From an uncultured Pelagibacteraceae bacterium (GTDB lineage: Bacteria > Pseudomonadota > Alphaproteobacteria > Pelagibacterales > Pelagibacteraceae): DNA of 64,000 nt. A program made the position numbers and the translations under genes. Numbering within the stretch: position 1 is the stretch's first letter; every line of letters begins with the position of its first letter. Under the pieces are notes generated by a model, which did not search any database, had not been told where the DNA came from, and saw nothing but the letters and a program-made list of their open reading frames with translations. Positions 1-9,029 of this stretch are shown here, in pieces. The stretch spans positions 5,622 to 69,621 of the forward strand of contig CACKVD010000004.1 in NCBI GenBank assembly GCA_902603555.1, read 5' to 3'.

Positions 1-123
1 AAAACAAATTACTTAAAAAAGTATCCAGCGATGAATTCAAATACATCACTTGATATTGCAAAAAGAATTATAAACTTACCAAGCAGTGCATATTTATACA
101 AATATTTTAATTTAAAAAGATGA
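1..123 (+). CDS. C-terminal fragment of DegT/DnrJ (LegC-like) sugar aminotransferase, truncated by window edge
   Basis: Frame 1 reads KTNYLKKYPAMNSNTSLDIAKRIINLPSSAYLYKYFNLKR*; RIINLPSS is a typical LegC/DegT C-terminal motif; stop overlaps the next ATG (ATGA at 120-123). Confidence 0.65.
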   Translation, partial: KTNYLKKYPAMNSNTSLDIAKRIINLPSSAYLYKYFNLKR

Positions 124-1004
124 ATTTAGGGATTTTTGCAGATGGTGTTTGGGGTTTAAATTTTTTAAAAAAAATAGACAAAGATAAGAGATTTTTAATT
201 AAATATGTATGTGGAAGAAAAAAAATTGATAAAGATATAAAGAATTTTGTATTAAAAAAAAAAATTCCTTTTTTTGTATTTAAAAAAATAAAATCTGATT
301 TAGCTTTTAAAATAATAAATTCTTTTAAAACAGATCTTATTGTTTCAATGTCTTATGACCAAATATTTGATAGTAGAATTATTAGTATGAATAAATACCC
401 TCCAATAAACTGTCATGCTGGAATGCTTCCACAATATAGGGGAAGAAATGTTATCAATTGGGCAATAATTAATGGAGAAAAAACATTAGGTATAACAGTT
501 CATTTCGTTGATAACAAAATTGACACTGGAGATATTATATCTCAAAAAAAAATAAAAATTTTACGAAAAGATAATTATAATACACTTCTAAACAAATGCT
601 ATAAAGAATGCCCAAAACTATTGAGTTCAAGTTTAATAAAAATTTATAAAAATCCAAAACTTAAAACTGTTTCTCAAAAAAATTTAGGAAAGGGTTTTTA
701 TTGCAGAAAAAGAGTTAAAGGGGATGAAATTATTGACTTCAATAATAAAACAAAATATTTAAACAATTTTATTAGAGCTCTTATTTTTCCAGGACCTAAT
801 GCTCAGTTTCAAAAGGGAAAAAATAAAATTTTTTTCATTAAATCTCAAATATTAGATAAAAGAAAAACAAGTAATAAGTATAAAGTTGGTCAAATAATAA
901 ATTTTAAGAATAAATATTTTGACGTTAATACTCGAGATGGTGCAATAAGAATATTAAAGTGGAAAACTAATATAAAATTATTTAAAGGTTTATTACTAAG
1001 ATGA
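120..1004 (+). CDS. Sugar N-formyltransferase (Fmt-like fold)
   Basis: INCHAGMLPQYRG, G.TVHFVD..IDTGDII and C-terminal PGP motifs; located in nonulosonate cluster. Confidence 0.85.
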   Translation: MNLGIFADGVWGLNFLKKIDKDKRFLIKYVCGRKKIDKDIKNFVLKKKIPFFVFKKIKSDLAFKIINSFKTDLIVSMSYDQIFDSRIISMNKYPPINCHAGMLPQYRGRNVINWAIINGEKTLGITVHFVDNKIDTGDIISQKKIKILRKDNYNTLLNKCYKECPKLLSSSLIKIYKNPKLKTVSQKNLGKGFYCRKRVKGDEIIDFNNKTKYLNNFIRALIFPGPNAQFQKGKNKIFFIKSQILDKRKTSNKYKVGQIINFKNKYFDVNTRDGAIRILKWKTNIKLFKGLLLR

Positions 1005-2017
1005 AAACAAAAATTATAGCTGAAATTGGGGTAAATCATAATGGTTCAATAAAAATTGCGAAAAAACTTATTAAAGAAACAGCAGATGCGGGATCACATT
1101 TTGTTAAATTTCAATTATTTAATCCAGATAAATTAGTAACCCCTAGCGCTGGACTTGCTGGCTACCAAAAAAAAAATTTAAATAAAGCGAAAATAACTCA
1201 ACGACAAATGTTACAAAGATATAGTTTGAATGAAAAAAAAATAATTGAATTAAGAAAATATGCAAAGAAATGTAATATATCATTTTTGTTATCTGTTTTT
1301 GATAATGATAGCTTAAAAATTATAAAAAAATTAAAATTTAATATTTTAAAAATTCCATCAGGAGAAATTACTAACTACTTTCTTTTAAATGAAATATCAA
1401 AAATGAAAGTAAAGATTATACTTTCTACTGGGATGTCAAATATTAATGAAATATCTCAAGCTATAAAAATTTTAGCATCAGGTAAAATTAAAAAGAATGA
1501 AATAAGTTTATTACAATGTAATACTGATTACCCAACAAAATATTCAGATCTCAATCTAAATGTAATTAAAACTTTAAAAAAAAAATATAAATTAAAAGTA
1601 GGATTTTCAGATCATACTGACAACCACATTATACCTTCTCTTGCAGTTTGTAAGGGCGCAGAGATAATTGAAAAACATGTCACTTTAAGTAAAAAAATGA
1701 GTGGCCCTGATCATAAGGCAAGTATAGAAATAAAAGATTTTAAAAACATGATTAATTTAATAGAGATAACAGAAAAAACTTTTGGAAGAAAATTCAAAAA
1801 ACCTACAAAAAGTGAAATTAAAAATATAAAGGTTGTTAGAAAATCAATTGTTGCAACAAAAGATATTCTTAAGGGAAATCACTTTAATTTTGAAAATCTT
1901 ACAGCTAAAAGACCAGGAATAGGACTTTCTCCTATGTTGATTAAAAAACTTATTGGAAAAAAATCAAAAAATAATTATCAAAAAAATCAATTATTAAAAA
2001 AAAATGAAATTAATTGA
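1001..2017 (+). CDS. neuB: Nonulosonic acid synthase (NeuB/LegI)
   Basis: IIAEIGVNHNG, VKFQ, KIPSGE, STGMS, GFSDHT, IEKH, GPDHKAS; C-terminal SAF domain KRPG.G. Confidence 0.95.
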   Translation: MKTKIIAEIGVNHNGSIKIAKKLIKETADAGSHFVKFQLFNPDKLVTPSAGLAGYQKKNLNKAKITQRQMLQRYSLNEKKIIELRKYAKKCNISFLLSVFDNDSLKIIKKLKFNILKIPSGEITNYFLLNEISKMKVKIILSTGMSNINEISQAIKILASGKIKKNEISLLQCNTDYPTKYSDLNLNVIKTLKKKYKLKVGFSDHTDNHIIPSLAVCKGAEIIEKHVTLSKKMSGPDHKASIEIKDFKNMINLIEITEKTFGRKFKKPTKSEIKNIKVVRKSIVATKDILKGNHFNFENLTAKRPGIGLSPMLIKKLIGKKSKNNYQKNQLLKKNEIN

Positions 2018-2068
2018 ATATAAAATAAAAAAAATTAAATCCTTTTACAAAATAATATTGGGTATTGA

Positions 2069-3232
2069 ATGAAAAAGATTTGTGTAATTACTGCCACAAG
2101 AGCTGAATATGGGCTATTAAAAAATTTTTTACATCTAATCAATAAAAATAAAAAATTTAAATTAGAACTTTTTGTTACAGGAACTCATCTTAAAAAAGAG
2201 TTTGGAAATACAATTAAAGAAATTAAAAAAGATGGTTTTAAAAGTTTTAGAAAAATAAGATATGTTATTGGAAATGATAGTGTTTTATCTATCACTAAGT
2301 CTGTAGGCGATGGAATGTTTAAGTTTGGGAAAATTTTTAGAAGTGTTAAGCCAGATTTAATTATTGTACTTGGGGATAGATATGAATTGATTAGTGCATG
2401 TTATGCAGCCACACTTGCGAGAATACCAATTTGTCATTTTCAAGGTGGAGAGCAAACTCTTGGGGTAATTGATGATGTTACAAGAAATTGTGTAACTAAA
2501 CTATCACACATACATCTTGCCGCTACTGAAAAATATAAAAAAAGAATTATCCAAATGGGTGAAAATCCAGAAAATGTTTTTAATGTTGGGGGACTTGGAG
2601 CAGAAAATATAAGAAAAGAAAAAAAGATCTCTAAAAAATCAATAGAAAAAAAATATCATATTAATATTTCAACTCCATTTTGTTTAGCCACTTTCCACCC
2701 TGAAACACTAAGCGATGTTAAAATTGAACTTCAAATGAAACCCTTATTGGATGCACTAATGAATGTAAAAAACTTGAATGTGATATTTACATCTCCAAAC
2801 GCAGATCCAGGATATAAGAAGATAATGTTAATGATAAAAAAATTTGTCAAAAAAAAATCCAAGAATAGATTTTATATCAAATCTTTTGGAAAAGACTATT
2901 ATTCACTATTAGCTTACAGTGAATTCTTGATTGGAAACTCATCGAGTGGTATTCTTGAGTTTCCGTCATATAAAAAACCTACTATTAATATCGGAGATAG
3001 ACAAAATGGTAGAGAAAAAACGTTATCGATTATTGATTGTAGAAATAATAAGAAATCAATTAGTTATGCAATTAAAAAATCTAGATCAAAAAAATTTTTA
3101 TCAAAATTAAAAAACATTAAGAATCTATATGATAATGGTGCAACAAGCCAAAAGGCAATAAAGATTCTTGGAAAAATTAATTATAAAAATATTTTAATTA
3201 AAAAGTTTATTGACATTAAGGTGTTTAAATGA
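2069..3232 (+). CDS. neuC: Hydrolysing UDP/GDP-HexNAc 2-epimerase (NeuC/LegG)
   Basis: TRAEYGL, VTGTHL, LGDRYE, GGE, TFHPET, GNSSSGI, NIGDRQ.GR. Confidence 0.95.
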   Translation: MKKICVITATRAEYGLLKNFLHLINKNKKFKLELFVTGTHLKKEFGNTIKEIKKDGFKSFRKIRYVIGNDSVLSITKSVGDGMFKFGKIFRSVKPDLIIVLGDRYELISACYAATLARIPICHFQGGEQTLGVIDDVTRNCVTKLSHIHLAATEKYKKRIIQMGENPENVFNVGGLGAENIRKEKKISKKSIEKKYHINISTPFCLATFHPETLSDVKIELQMKPLLDALMNVKNLNVIFTSPNADPGYKKIMLMIKKFVKKKSKNRFYIKSFGKDYYSLLAYSEFLIGNSSSGILEFPSYKKPTINIGDRQNGREKTLSIIDCRNNKKSISYAIKKSRSKKFLSKLKNIKNLYDNGATSQKAIKILGKINYKNILIKKFIDIKVFK

Positions 3233-4116
3233 AATTAATTTTCGTAGGTAACATTAAGATTTCATTAGAAGTACTAAAAACAATCAGGCAAATAGATAAA
3301 AATATTTTAGCAGGCATAATTACGAACACAAATAAAAAACCAGATTCTGCAAGAGTAGATTTATTTTGTAAAAAATTTAGTATTCCTTACATTTTATCAA
3401 AAAATATCAATAGTCTAAAAACAAAAAAATGGATTGAGTCTAAAAATCCAGATATAATTTTATGCGTTGGTTGGTCACAAATTTTAAAAAAAGAGGTACT
3501 ATCTATTCCTAAAAAATATTGTATTGGTTTTCATCCCACAAAACTACCGACCAATAAAGGTAAACATCCTATTATTTGGTCAATTATTAATGATTTAAAA
3601 AGATCATCCACATCTTTTTTTTTAATGAATAAAAAGATAGACGATGGAGATGTAATTAGTCAAAAAAATTTTATTATTGGTAAAAACGAATATGTAAATT
3701 CTGTATATAAAAAGATTATTAAAAATTCAAAAACACAAATTCAAAATCTTATAATAAAGATCAAATCAGGCAAACTTTCTGTAAAAAAAAGTAAAAAAAA
3801 TAATAATATTTCTAATTATTGGAGAAAAAGAACTTATAATGATGGAAAAATAGACTTTAGGATGACTGGTAGATCAATTTTTAATCTTGTAAGAGCTTTA
3901 AGTCATCCTTATCCAGGAGCACATTTTGAACATAATAATAAAGATTATAAAGTTTTTATTATAAAATATAAAAAAACTAAAAAAGAAAATAATATTGAAA
4001 GTGGTAAAATTTTGGATTTGAATAAACAAGGCATTAAAATAAAATGTGAAGATGGTTTTGTGTATATTAAAAAAACTATCCCAAAGATAAAACTTAAGAA
4101 AGGTACGTACTTGTAA
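3229..4116 (+). CDS. Second sugar N-formyltransferase
   Basis: GWSQIL, IGFHPTKLP.NKG.HPIIW, IDDGDVISQ, LVRALSHPYPGA. Confidence 0.85.
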   Translation: MKLIFVGNIKISLEVLKTIRQIDKNILAGIITNTNKKPDSARVDLFCKKFSIPYILSKNINSLKTKKWIESKNPDIILCVGWSQILKKEVLSIPKKYCIGFHPTKLPTNKGKHPIIWSIINDLKRSSTSFFLMNKKIDDGDVISQKNFIIGKNEYVNSVYKKIIKNSKTQIQNLIIKIKSGKLSVKKSKKNNNISNYWRKRTYNDGKIDFRMTGRSIFNLVRALSHPYPGAHFEHNNKDYKVFIIKYKKTKKENNIESGKILDLNKQGIKIKCEDGFVYIKKTIPKIKLKKGTYL

Positions 4117-4125
4117 TCTAAAATA

Positions 4126-4788
4126 ATGAAAAAAATACTATTTATCGCACCACATGCTGATGATGAAACTTTAGGTTGTGGAGGAATTATTCATAAATTT
4201 AAGTCAGAAAATTGTAAAATTTATTTGCTTCTAGCGACAAAAAAAAAAATTAAAAAAAAAACTGAACTTATAAAAAGAGAAAAGTTGATAACTAAAGTAA
4301 AGCAAAAATATAAGTTTAATAATCTTTTTCAATTATCATATTTTGCTTCTGATTTAAGTTTTAAAAATTTGAGCACCTTAACTGATGATATAAGAAATAT
4401 AATTAACTTGAAGAAAATAGATACAATATTTACCTGCCATTCAGATGATACACATTCAGATCATTTTTTTGTTTCCAAAGCAAGTTTATCCTCGTCAAAA
4501 ATATTTAGAACACCATCAATTGAAAAAATTTTTATTTATGAAACTTTATCAGAAACAAATTTTAATTTTTCTAAAAAAGCTAAACAATTTAAAGCAAATT
4601 CATATTTTGATATTAGTCGATTCATAAATAAAAAAATTTCAACAATTAAATTATATGAATCAGAGTTTAAAAAACATCCTTTTCCAAGAAGTATTGAGGC
4701 AGTTAAAGCACTATCATTGCTTCGAGGCTCTGAAAGTGGTTTTAAATATGCCGAAGCATTTCAGCAAATTTATTCTAGAATTAAATGA
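4126..4788 (+). CDS. PIG-L/LmbE-family N-deacetylase
   Basis: APHADDETLGCGG, D.HSDH, YETLSET, YESEF..HPFPRS, AEAF. Confidence 0.9.
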   Translation: MKKILFIAPHADDETLGCGGIIHKFKSENCKIYLLLATKKKIKKKTELIKREKLITKVKQKYKFNNLFQLSYFASDLSFKNLSTLTDDIRNIINLKKIDTIFTCHSDDTHSDHFFVSKASLSSSKIFRTPSIEKIFIYETLSETNFNFSKKAKQFKANSYFDISRFINKKISTIKLYESEFKKHPFPRSIEAVKALSLLRGSESGFKYAEAFQQIYSRIK

Positions 4789-5828
4789 AAAATTTCAAAA
4801 AATTAATTTTAAAAATAAATAATACGATTCAAGAAGCAATAAAAAATTTAGACAAATCTGGTATGAAAATCGTATTAGTAACAAAAAATAATAAATTTAT
4901 AGGAACTATTACAGATGGAGATATAAGAAGAGGAATCTTACAGGGAATTTCTTTAAAGGCTTCTGTTCAAAAAATTTTAAATAAGAATGCAATAGTTTGT
5001 GATCCGTCTGTTTCAATAAAAGAACTAAACAGTATTATGATTACAAATGATGTTAATTCAATACCAATAATTGATAAAAATAAGAAAATAGTAGATTTAA
5101 AATTTCTTTTTGAAGATAAACCTATTAATAAAAATCAAATTTCAAATTCAATGGTTATTATGGTAGGTGGCAAAGGAAAAAGATTGATGCCATATACAAA
5201 ATTTTTACCTAAAACACTTTTAAAGGTAGCCGGTAAACCTATAATTGAACATATAATCGATCGTGCAAAACTTAATGGATATAATAATTTTATATTATCA
5301 ATTAATCATTTAGGAACTTTAATTAAAAAAGAAATCGGAAATGGAAAAATTTTAAATACTAAGATTAAATATATAAAAGAAAATAAAAAGTTAGGCACTG
5401 CTGGCTCGTTAAGCCTTATGAAAAAAATTCTCAAAAAAAATTTTATTGTTACAAATGGAGATGTAATTACAGATATAAATTATAATGATTTATTAAAATT
5501 TCATATTAAAAATAATTCTGCCGCTACTATGGCAATAAGATCATATGAAATTAAAAATCCTTATGGGGAAATTAAAACTATTGGAAATGAAATAATTGAT
5601 TATTTTGAAAAACCTATTTACAGATCATATATAAATACTGGAGTATATGCATTTCATCCTAAAATTTTAAAGTTACTTAATTATAATAAAGAAATTTCTA
5701 TGATACAGTTATTTAAAAAAATCAAACAAAAAAAATTAAAAGTTTTAGCTTACCCAATTCATGAAAGATGGATTGACGTTGGAACACCTGAACATTATTT
5801 TTCAGCAAAAAAATTTATTGATGATTAA
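4785..5828 (+). CDS. CBS-domain nucleotidyltransferase (PtmE/LegX-like)
   Basis: N-terminal CBS pair (GTITDGDIRRG); GGKGKRLMPYT..LPK; LGTAGSL; NGDV; WIDVG. Confidence 0.9.
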   Translation: MKNFKKLILKINNTIQEAIKNLDKSGMKIVLVTKNNKFIGTITDGDIRRGILQGISLKASVQKILNKNAIVCDPSVSIKELNSIMITNDVNSIPIIDKNKKIVDLKFLFEDKPINKNQISNSMVIMVGGKGKRLMPYTKFLPKTLLKVAGKPIIEHIIDRAKLNGYNNFILSINHLGTLIKKEIGNGKILNTKIKYIKENKKLGTAGSLSLMKKILKKNFIVTNGDVITDINYNDLLKFHIKNNSAATMAIRSYEIKNPYGEIKTIGNEIIDYFEKPIYRSYINTGVYAFHPKILKLLNYNKEISMIQLFKKIKQKKLKVLAYPIHERWIDVGTPEHYFSAKKFIDD

Positions 5829-6525
5829 AAAAAAGATACTATGCATAATACCAGCCAGGGGCGGAAGTAAATCAATTAAGAATAAAAATTTACTTAAACT
5901 TGGAAAATACTCATTATTAGAACATGCAATTTTTTTTGCAAAAAAATCAAAAAAATTTAGCAATATTATTTTAAGTTCTGATTCTAATAAAATTTTAAAT
6001 ATTGGATTAAAGAATAAAATAAATGTTATTAAAAGATTAAAGAAAAATAGTACTGATAAATCTCTAGTAGCTGATGCTATCCACGAAATATTGAATTTTT
6101 ACAAAAAAAAAAAAATTTTTTTTGATGTGGTGGTTTTGTTGGAACCAACATGTCCATTTAGAAAGATTAATCATTTAAAAAGTTGCTTGAAGATACTAAT
6201 TAATAAAAAAATTGATTCTATTGCAACTTTTAGCAATGCACTTTTAAATCCTAATAGAGGTTGGAAAATTGAAAAAAATATACCAACCACATTTTTTAAA
6301 AATGTTATTCCATGGAAAAATAAACAATCTTTTGATAAAGCGTTTCAATTAAATGGTTCAGTATATGCATTTTCAACAACGAATTTTAAGCCGACTGTCA
6401 AAAATCTTCTTTTTGGTAAATCTTTTGCTTTTATATGTAATGAAAATGAAATTTTAATCGATATTGATAATAAAAAGGATTATCTAATTTCAAAACTTTT
6501 ATTTAAAAATGTCAAAAATAACTGA
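5821..6525 (+). CDS. neuA: CMP-nonulosonic acid synthetase (NeuA/LegF/PtmB)
   Basis: IIPARGGSKSIKNKN, LLEPTCPFR, LNGSVY, IDIDN..DY; start moved from 5761 to ATG 5821 to fit the domain start. Confidence 0.9.
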   Translation: MIKKKILCIIPARGGSKSIKNKNLLKLGKYSLLEHAIFFAKKSKKFSNIILSSDSNKILNIGLKNKINVIKRLKKNSTDKSLVADAIHEILNFYKKKKIFFDVVVLLEPTCPFRKINHLKSCLKILINKKIDSIATFSNALLNPNRGWKIEKNIPTTFFKNVIPWKNKQSFDKAFQLNGSVYAFSTTNFKPTVKNLLFGKSFAFICNENEILIDIDNKKDYLISKLLFKNVKNN

Positions 6526-7318
6526 TAGTAATTTTTTTAGCTTAGAAAATAAAACAGCTCTTGTGATTGGAGGTGCTGGATATTTAGGTTTTGAAATGTC
6601 TAAAGCCCTTTGTTCTATGGGTGCGAAAGTTATAATTGCAAGCAGAGATATTAAAAATTTTAATCACAATATGAAAAAGTTGAAGATAAAATTTAAAAAA
6701 AAAAAACCAATAAAATACTTAAAGATAGATATTTCTAATACCAAGTCTGTTAATTTATTTTATAAAAATTTAAAAAAAGAATGTAACTCTAAACTTGATA
6801 TTTTGGTTAATTGTGCATGGAATGGAAAAAAAAATACCCTTGAAAGTATAAATAATAAAGATTGGGATCATGATATAAACGTATCGTTATCTTCTACATT
6901 CAAAATAACAAAAAAATTATTACCTTTACTGAAGTTATCAAGAGGTAAAATAATTAATATTGCATCTATGTATGGGCATGTTGCTCCTGATTATAGAATC
7001 TATTCAAATAAAAATTTATCTAATCCACCAAGTTATGGAGCTGCTAAAGCAGGTATAATTCAATTAACTAAGTACTTGGCAAGTTATTTATCACCTTTTA
7101 ATATAAACGTTAATTCAATTAGTCCTGGGGCATTCCCATTTCCATCAACTATAAAAAAATTTCCAAAATTTATAAAAGAATTAAAAAAAAAATCTGTATT
7201 AGGAAGAATTGGTTATCCAAAAGATCTAAATGGAGTGATAGTTTTGCTATGTAGTGATGGAGGCAATTATATTAATGGACAAAATATTTGTGTCGATGGT
7301 GGTTGGAGTGTTAGGTGA
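6509..7318 (+). CDS. Short-chain dehydrogenase/reductase (PtmA-like)
   Basis: GGAGYLG, NIASMYG, YGAAK catalytic motif, NSISPG, GQNICVDGG. Confidence 0.9.
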   Translation: MSKITDSNFFSLENKTALVIGGAGYLGFEMSKALCSMGAKVIIASRDIKNFNHNMKKLKIKFKKKKPIKYLKIDISNTKSVNLFYKNLKKECNSKLDILVNCAWNGKKNTLESINNKDWDHDINVSLSSTFKITKKLLPLLKLSRGKIINIASMYGHVAPDYRIYSNKNLSNPPSYGAAKAGIIQLTKYLASYLSPFNINVNSISPGAFPFPSTIKKFPKFIKELKKKSVLGRIGYPKDLNGVIVLLCSDGGNYINGQNICVDGGWSVR

Positions 7319-8226
7319 TTAAACTAGGTATGATTGGGTATTCAAGATTAAATGGTCACCCATATTCATTCTCTGGAATCATAAATGGAATTGATAATTT
7401 ATATTTTAAAAATTATGCCAAATGGCCTTTTATTTATAATTATTTATCAAAAAATAAAAAAAATTTAGGTTTTAAAAAGATGAAAATCACTCATATTTGG
7501 ACTCAAAATTTAAAACTTACAAAAAATATTGCCAGGTCTTGTTTAATCCAAAAGATTTGTAAAAATCCTAGTGAGATGTTAAATGAAATAGACGGGGTAA
7601 TCATTGCCCGAGATGATTGGAGATCACATAAAAAATTATCCTTACCATTTTTAAAGAGAAATATACCCACTTTTATTGACAAACCTCTGTCCTTAGAAGA
7701 AAAGGAATTGTATTTTTTTAAGCCATATTTAAAAAAGGGAATTTTAATGAGCTGCTCTGGATTAAGATATTCTCAGAAAATAAAAAATAAAAAATTCATC
7801 TTACAAAAAACTGGAAAAATTAATTTTATACAAATGCTCGTTATAAATGATCTTGAAAAATATGGCGTTCACATGCTTGAAATTATTAATGAAACAATCA
7901 AAATAAATTTTAAAAAGATCATTAAGCTCTCAAAAAAGCATGAATTTTATAAAATAATTTCTAATAATAATATTCCCATTTATCTTAAATGTTTGGGAAA
8001 AGTTAAAAAAGTTTTCAAAATTAGTTTTTATGGAAAAAAAGGTAATGTTCATTTTAATATTAATGATAATTTTAAATCTTTTTATAACACACTCAAAAAA
8101 TTTGAAAAAATGATAAGATTAAAAAAAAATCCAATTAAGTATAAAGATACTTTAAATGTGATGAATACAATTAGGGCTGGTAAAATATCAAATATTAATC
8201 AGTATAGAGAAATACGAAATGTTTGA
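7315..8226 (+). CDS. Gfo/Idh/MocA-family oxidoreductase
   Basis: GTG start; NGHPYSFSGIING, FIDKPL, SCSGLRY, YGVH. Confidence 0.75.
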   Translation: MIKLGMIGYSRLNGHPYSFSGIINGIDNLYFKNYAKWPFIYNYLSKNKKNLGFKKMKITHIWTQNLKLTKNIARSCLIQKICKNPSEMLNEIDGVIIARDDWRSHKKLSLPFLKRNIPTFIDKPLSLEEKELYFFKPYLKKGILMSCSGLRYSQKIKNKKFILQKTGKINFIQMLVINDLEKYGVHMLEIINETIKINFKKIIKLSKKHEFYKIISNNNIPIYLKCLGKVKKVFKISFYGKKGNVHFNINDNFKSFYNTLKKFEKMIRLKKNPIKYKDTLNVMNTIRAGKISNINQYREIRNV

Positions 8227-9025
8227 TTTAAAAAATAAAATTGTTGTTGTAACTGGTGCTGGTGGATTTTTAGGAAGTTATTTTTGTGAGACCTTAATAT
8301 CCTTTGGTGCTAATGTTGTTGCTATAGATATAGATAAAAAAAGTTTAAATAATTTAAAAAGATCAATTAAAAACTCAAAATTAAATTTAAATAAAATTTT
8401 TTTAATTAAATGTAATATCCTAAATGAATCTGAAATTGCAAAGTCAACAAAGAAAATTATCAAAAAATTCAAAAAAATTGATGTTTTAATTAATAATGCA
8501 ACGTATAGAGCAAATAAATTAAAAAATTTTTACAAACCATTTGAAGATTTTAATTTAAAAGATTGGTCTCAAATTTCTCGGCTAAATAATGATGGTACTT
8601 TTTTAATAACCAAACATATTTCAAAACAAATGATCAAAAAACGATCTGGATCAATAATACAAATTGGATCAATTTATAGCCATGTAGCTCCAAATTTTGA
8701 AATTTATAAAGACTCATTTTTTAAAGGAAATAAAATTAACTCACCTGCAGTTTATTCTGTAAATAAATTTGGTTTATATGGTTTCACAAAATACCTATCA
8801 TCTTATCTTGGAAAATATAATATTCGAGTAAACTGTTTAAGTCCCGGGGGAATAGAACAAGGACATACATTAAAATTTAAAAAAAACTATTCATCAAATG
8901 TTCCTCTGAATAGAATGGGAAAAATAGATGACTTAAAGGGTATGATAATCTTACTTTCATCATCTGAATCTTCGTTTATTACTGGTCAAAATATATTGAT
9001 AGATGGTGGATTGTCATGTTGGTAA
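8219..9025 (+). CDS. Second short-chain dehydrogenase/reductase (PtmA-like)
   Basis: TGAGGFLG, DVLINNA, YSVNK, VNCLSPGG, TGQNILIDGG. Confidence 0.9.
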   Translation: MFDLKNKIVVVTGAGGFLGSYFCETLISFGANVVAIDIDKKSLNNLKRSIKNSKLNLNKIFLIKCNILNESEIAKSTKKIIKKFKKIDVLINNATYRANKLKNFYKPFEDFNLKDWSQISRLNNDGTFLITKHISKQMIKKRSGSIIQIGSIYSHVAPNFEIYKDSFFKGNKINSPAVYSVNKFGLYGFTKYLSSYLGKYNIRVNCLSPGGIEQGHTLKFKKNYSSNVPLNRMGKIDDLKGMIILLSSSESSFITGQNILIDGGLSCW

Positions 9026-9029
9026 AAAT

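Noticed and set aside
120-4116. The two Fmt-like genes as methionyl-tRNA formyltransferase
   Set aside because: Duplicated, embedded in a sugar pathway and without def; sugar formyltransferases fit better
5761-5820. N-terminal extension of neuA in the ORF track (similarly 9003-9029 and pal 60655-60714)
   Set aside because: Extensions overlap the upstream gene or precede the SD and signal peptide; downstream ATGs match the domain starts
4239-6123. Long A/T homopolymers in glycan genes (A11 and A10 at 4239-4261; A13T8 at 6103-6123) as phase-variation tracts
   Set aside because: The ORFs remain intact, and a similar run occurs in core ygfA (A14 at 55170-55183); explained by AT bias and poly-Lys codons
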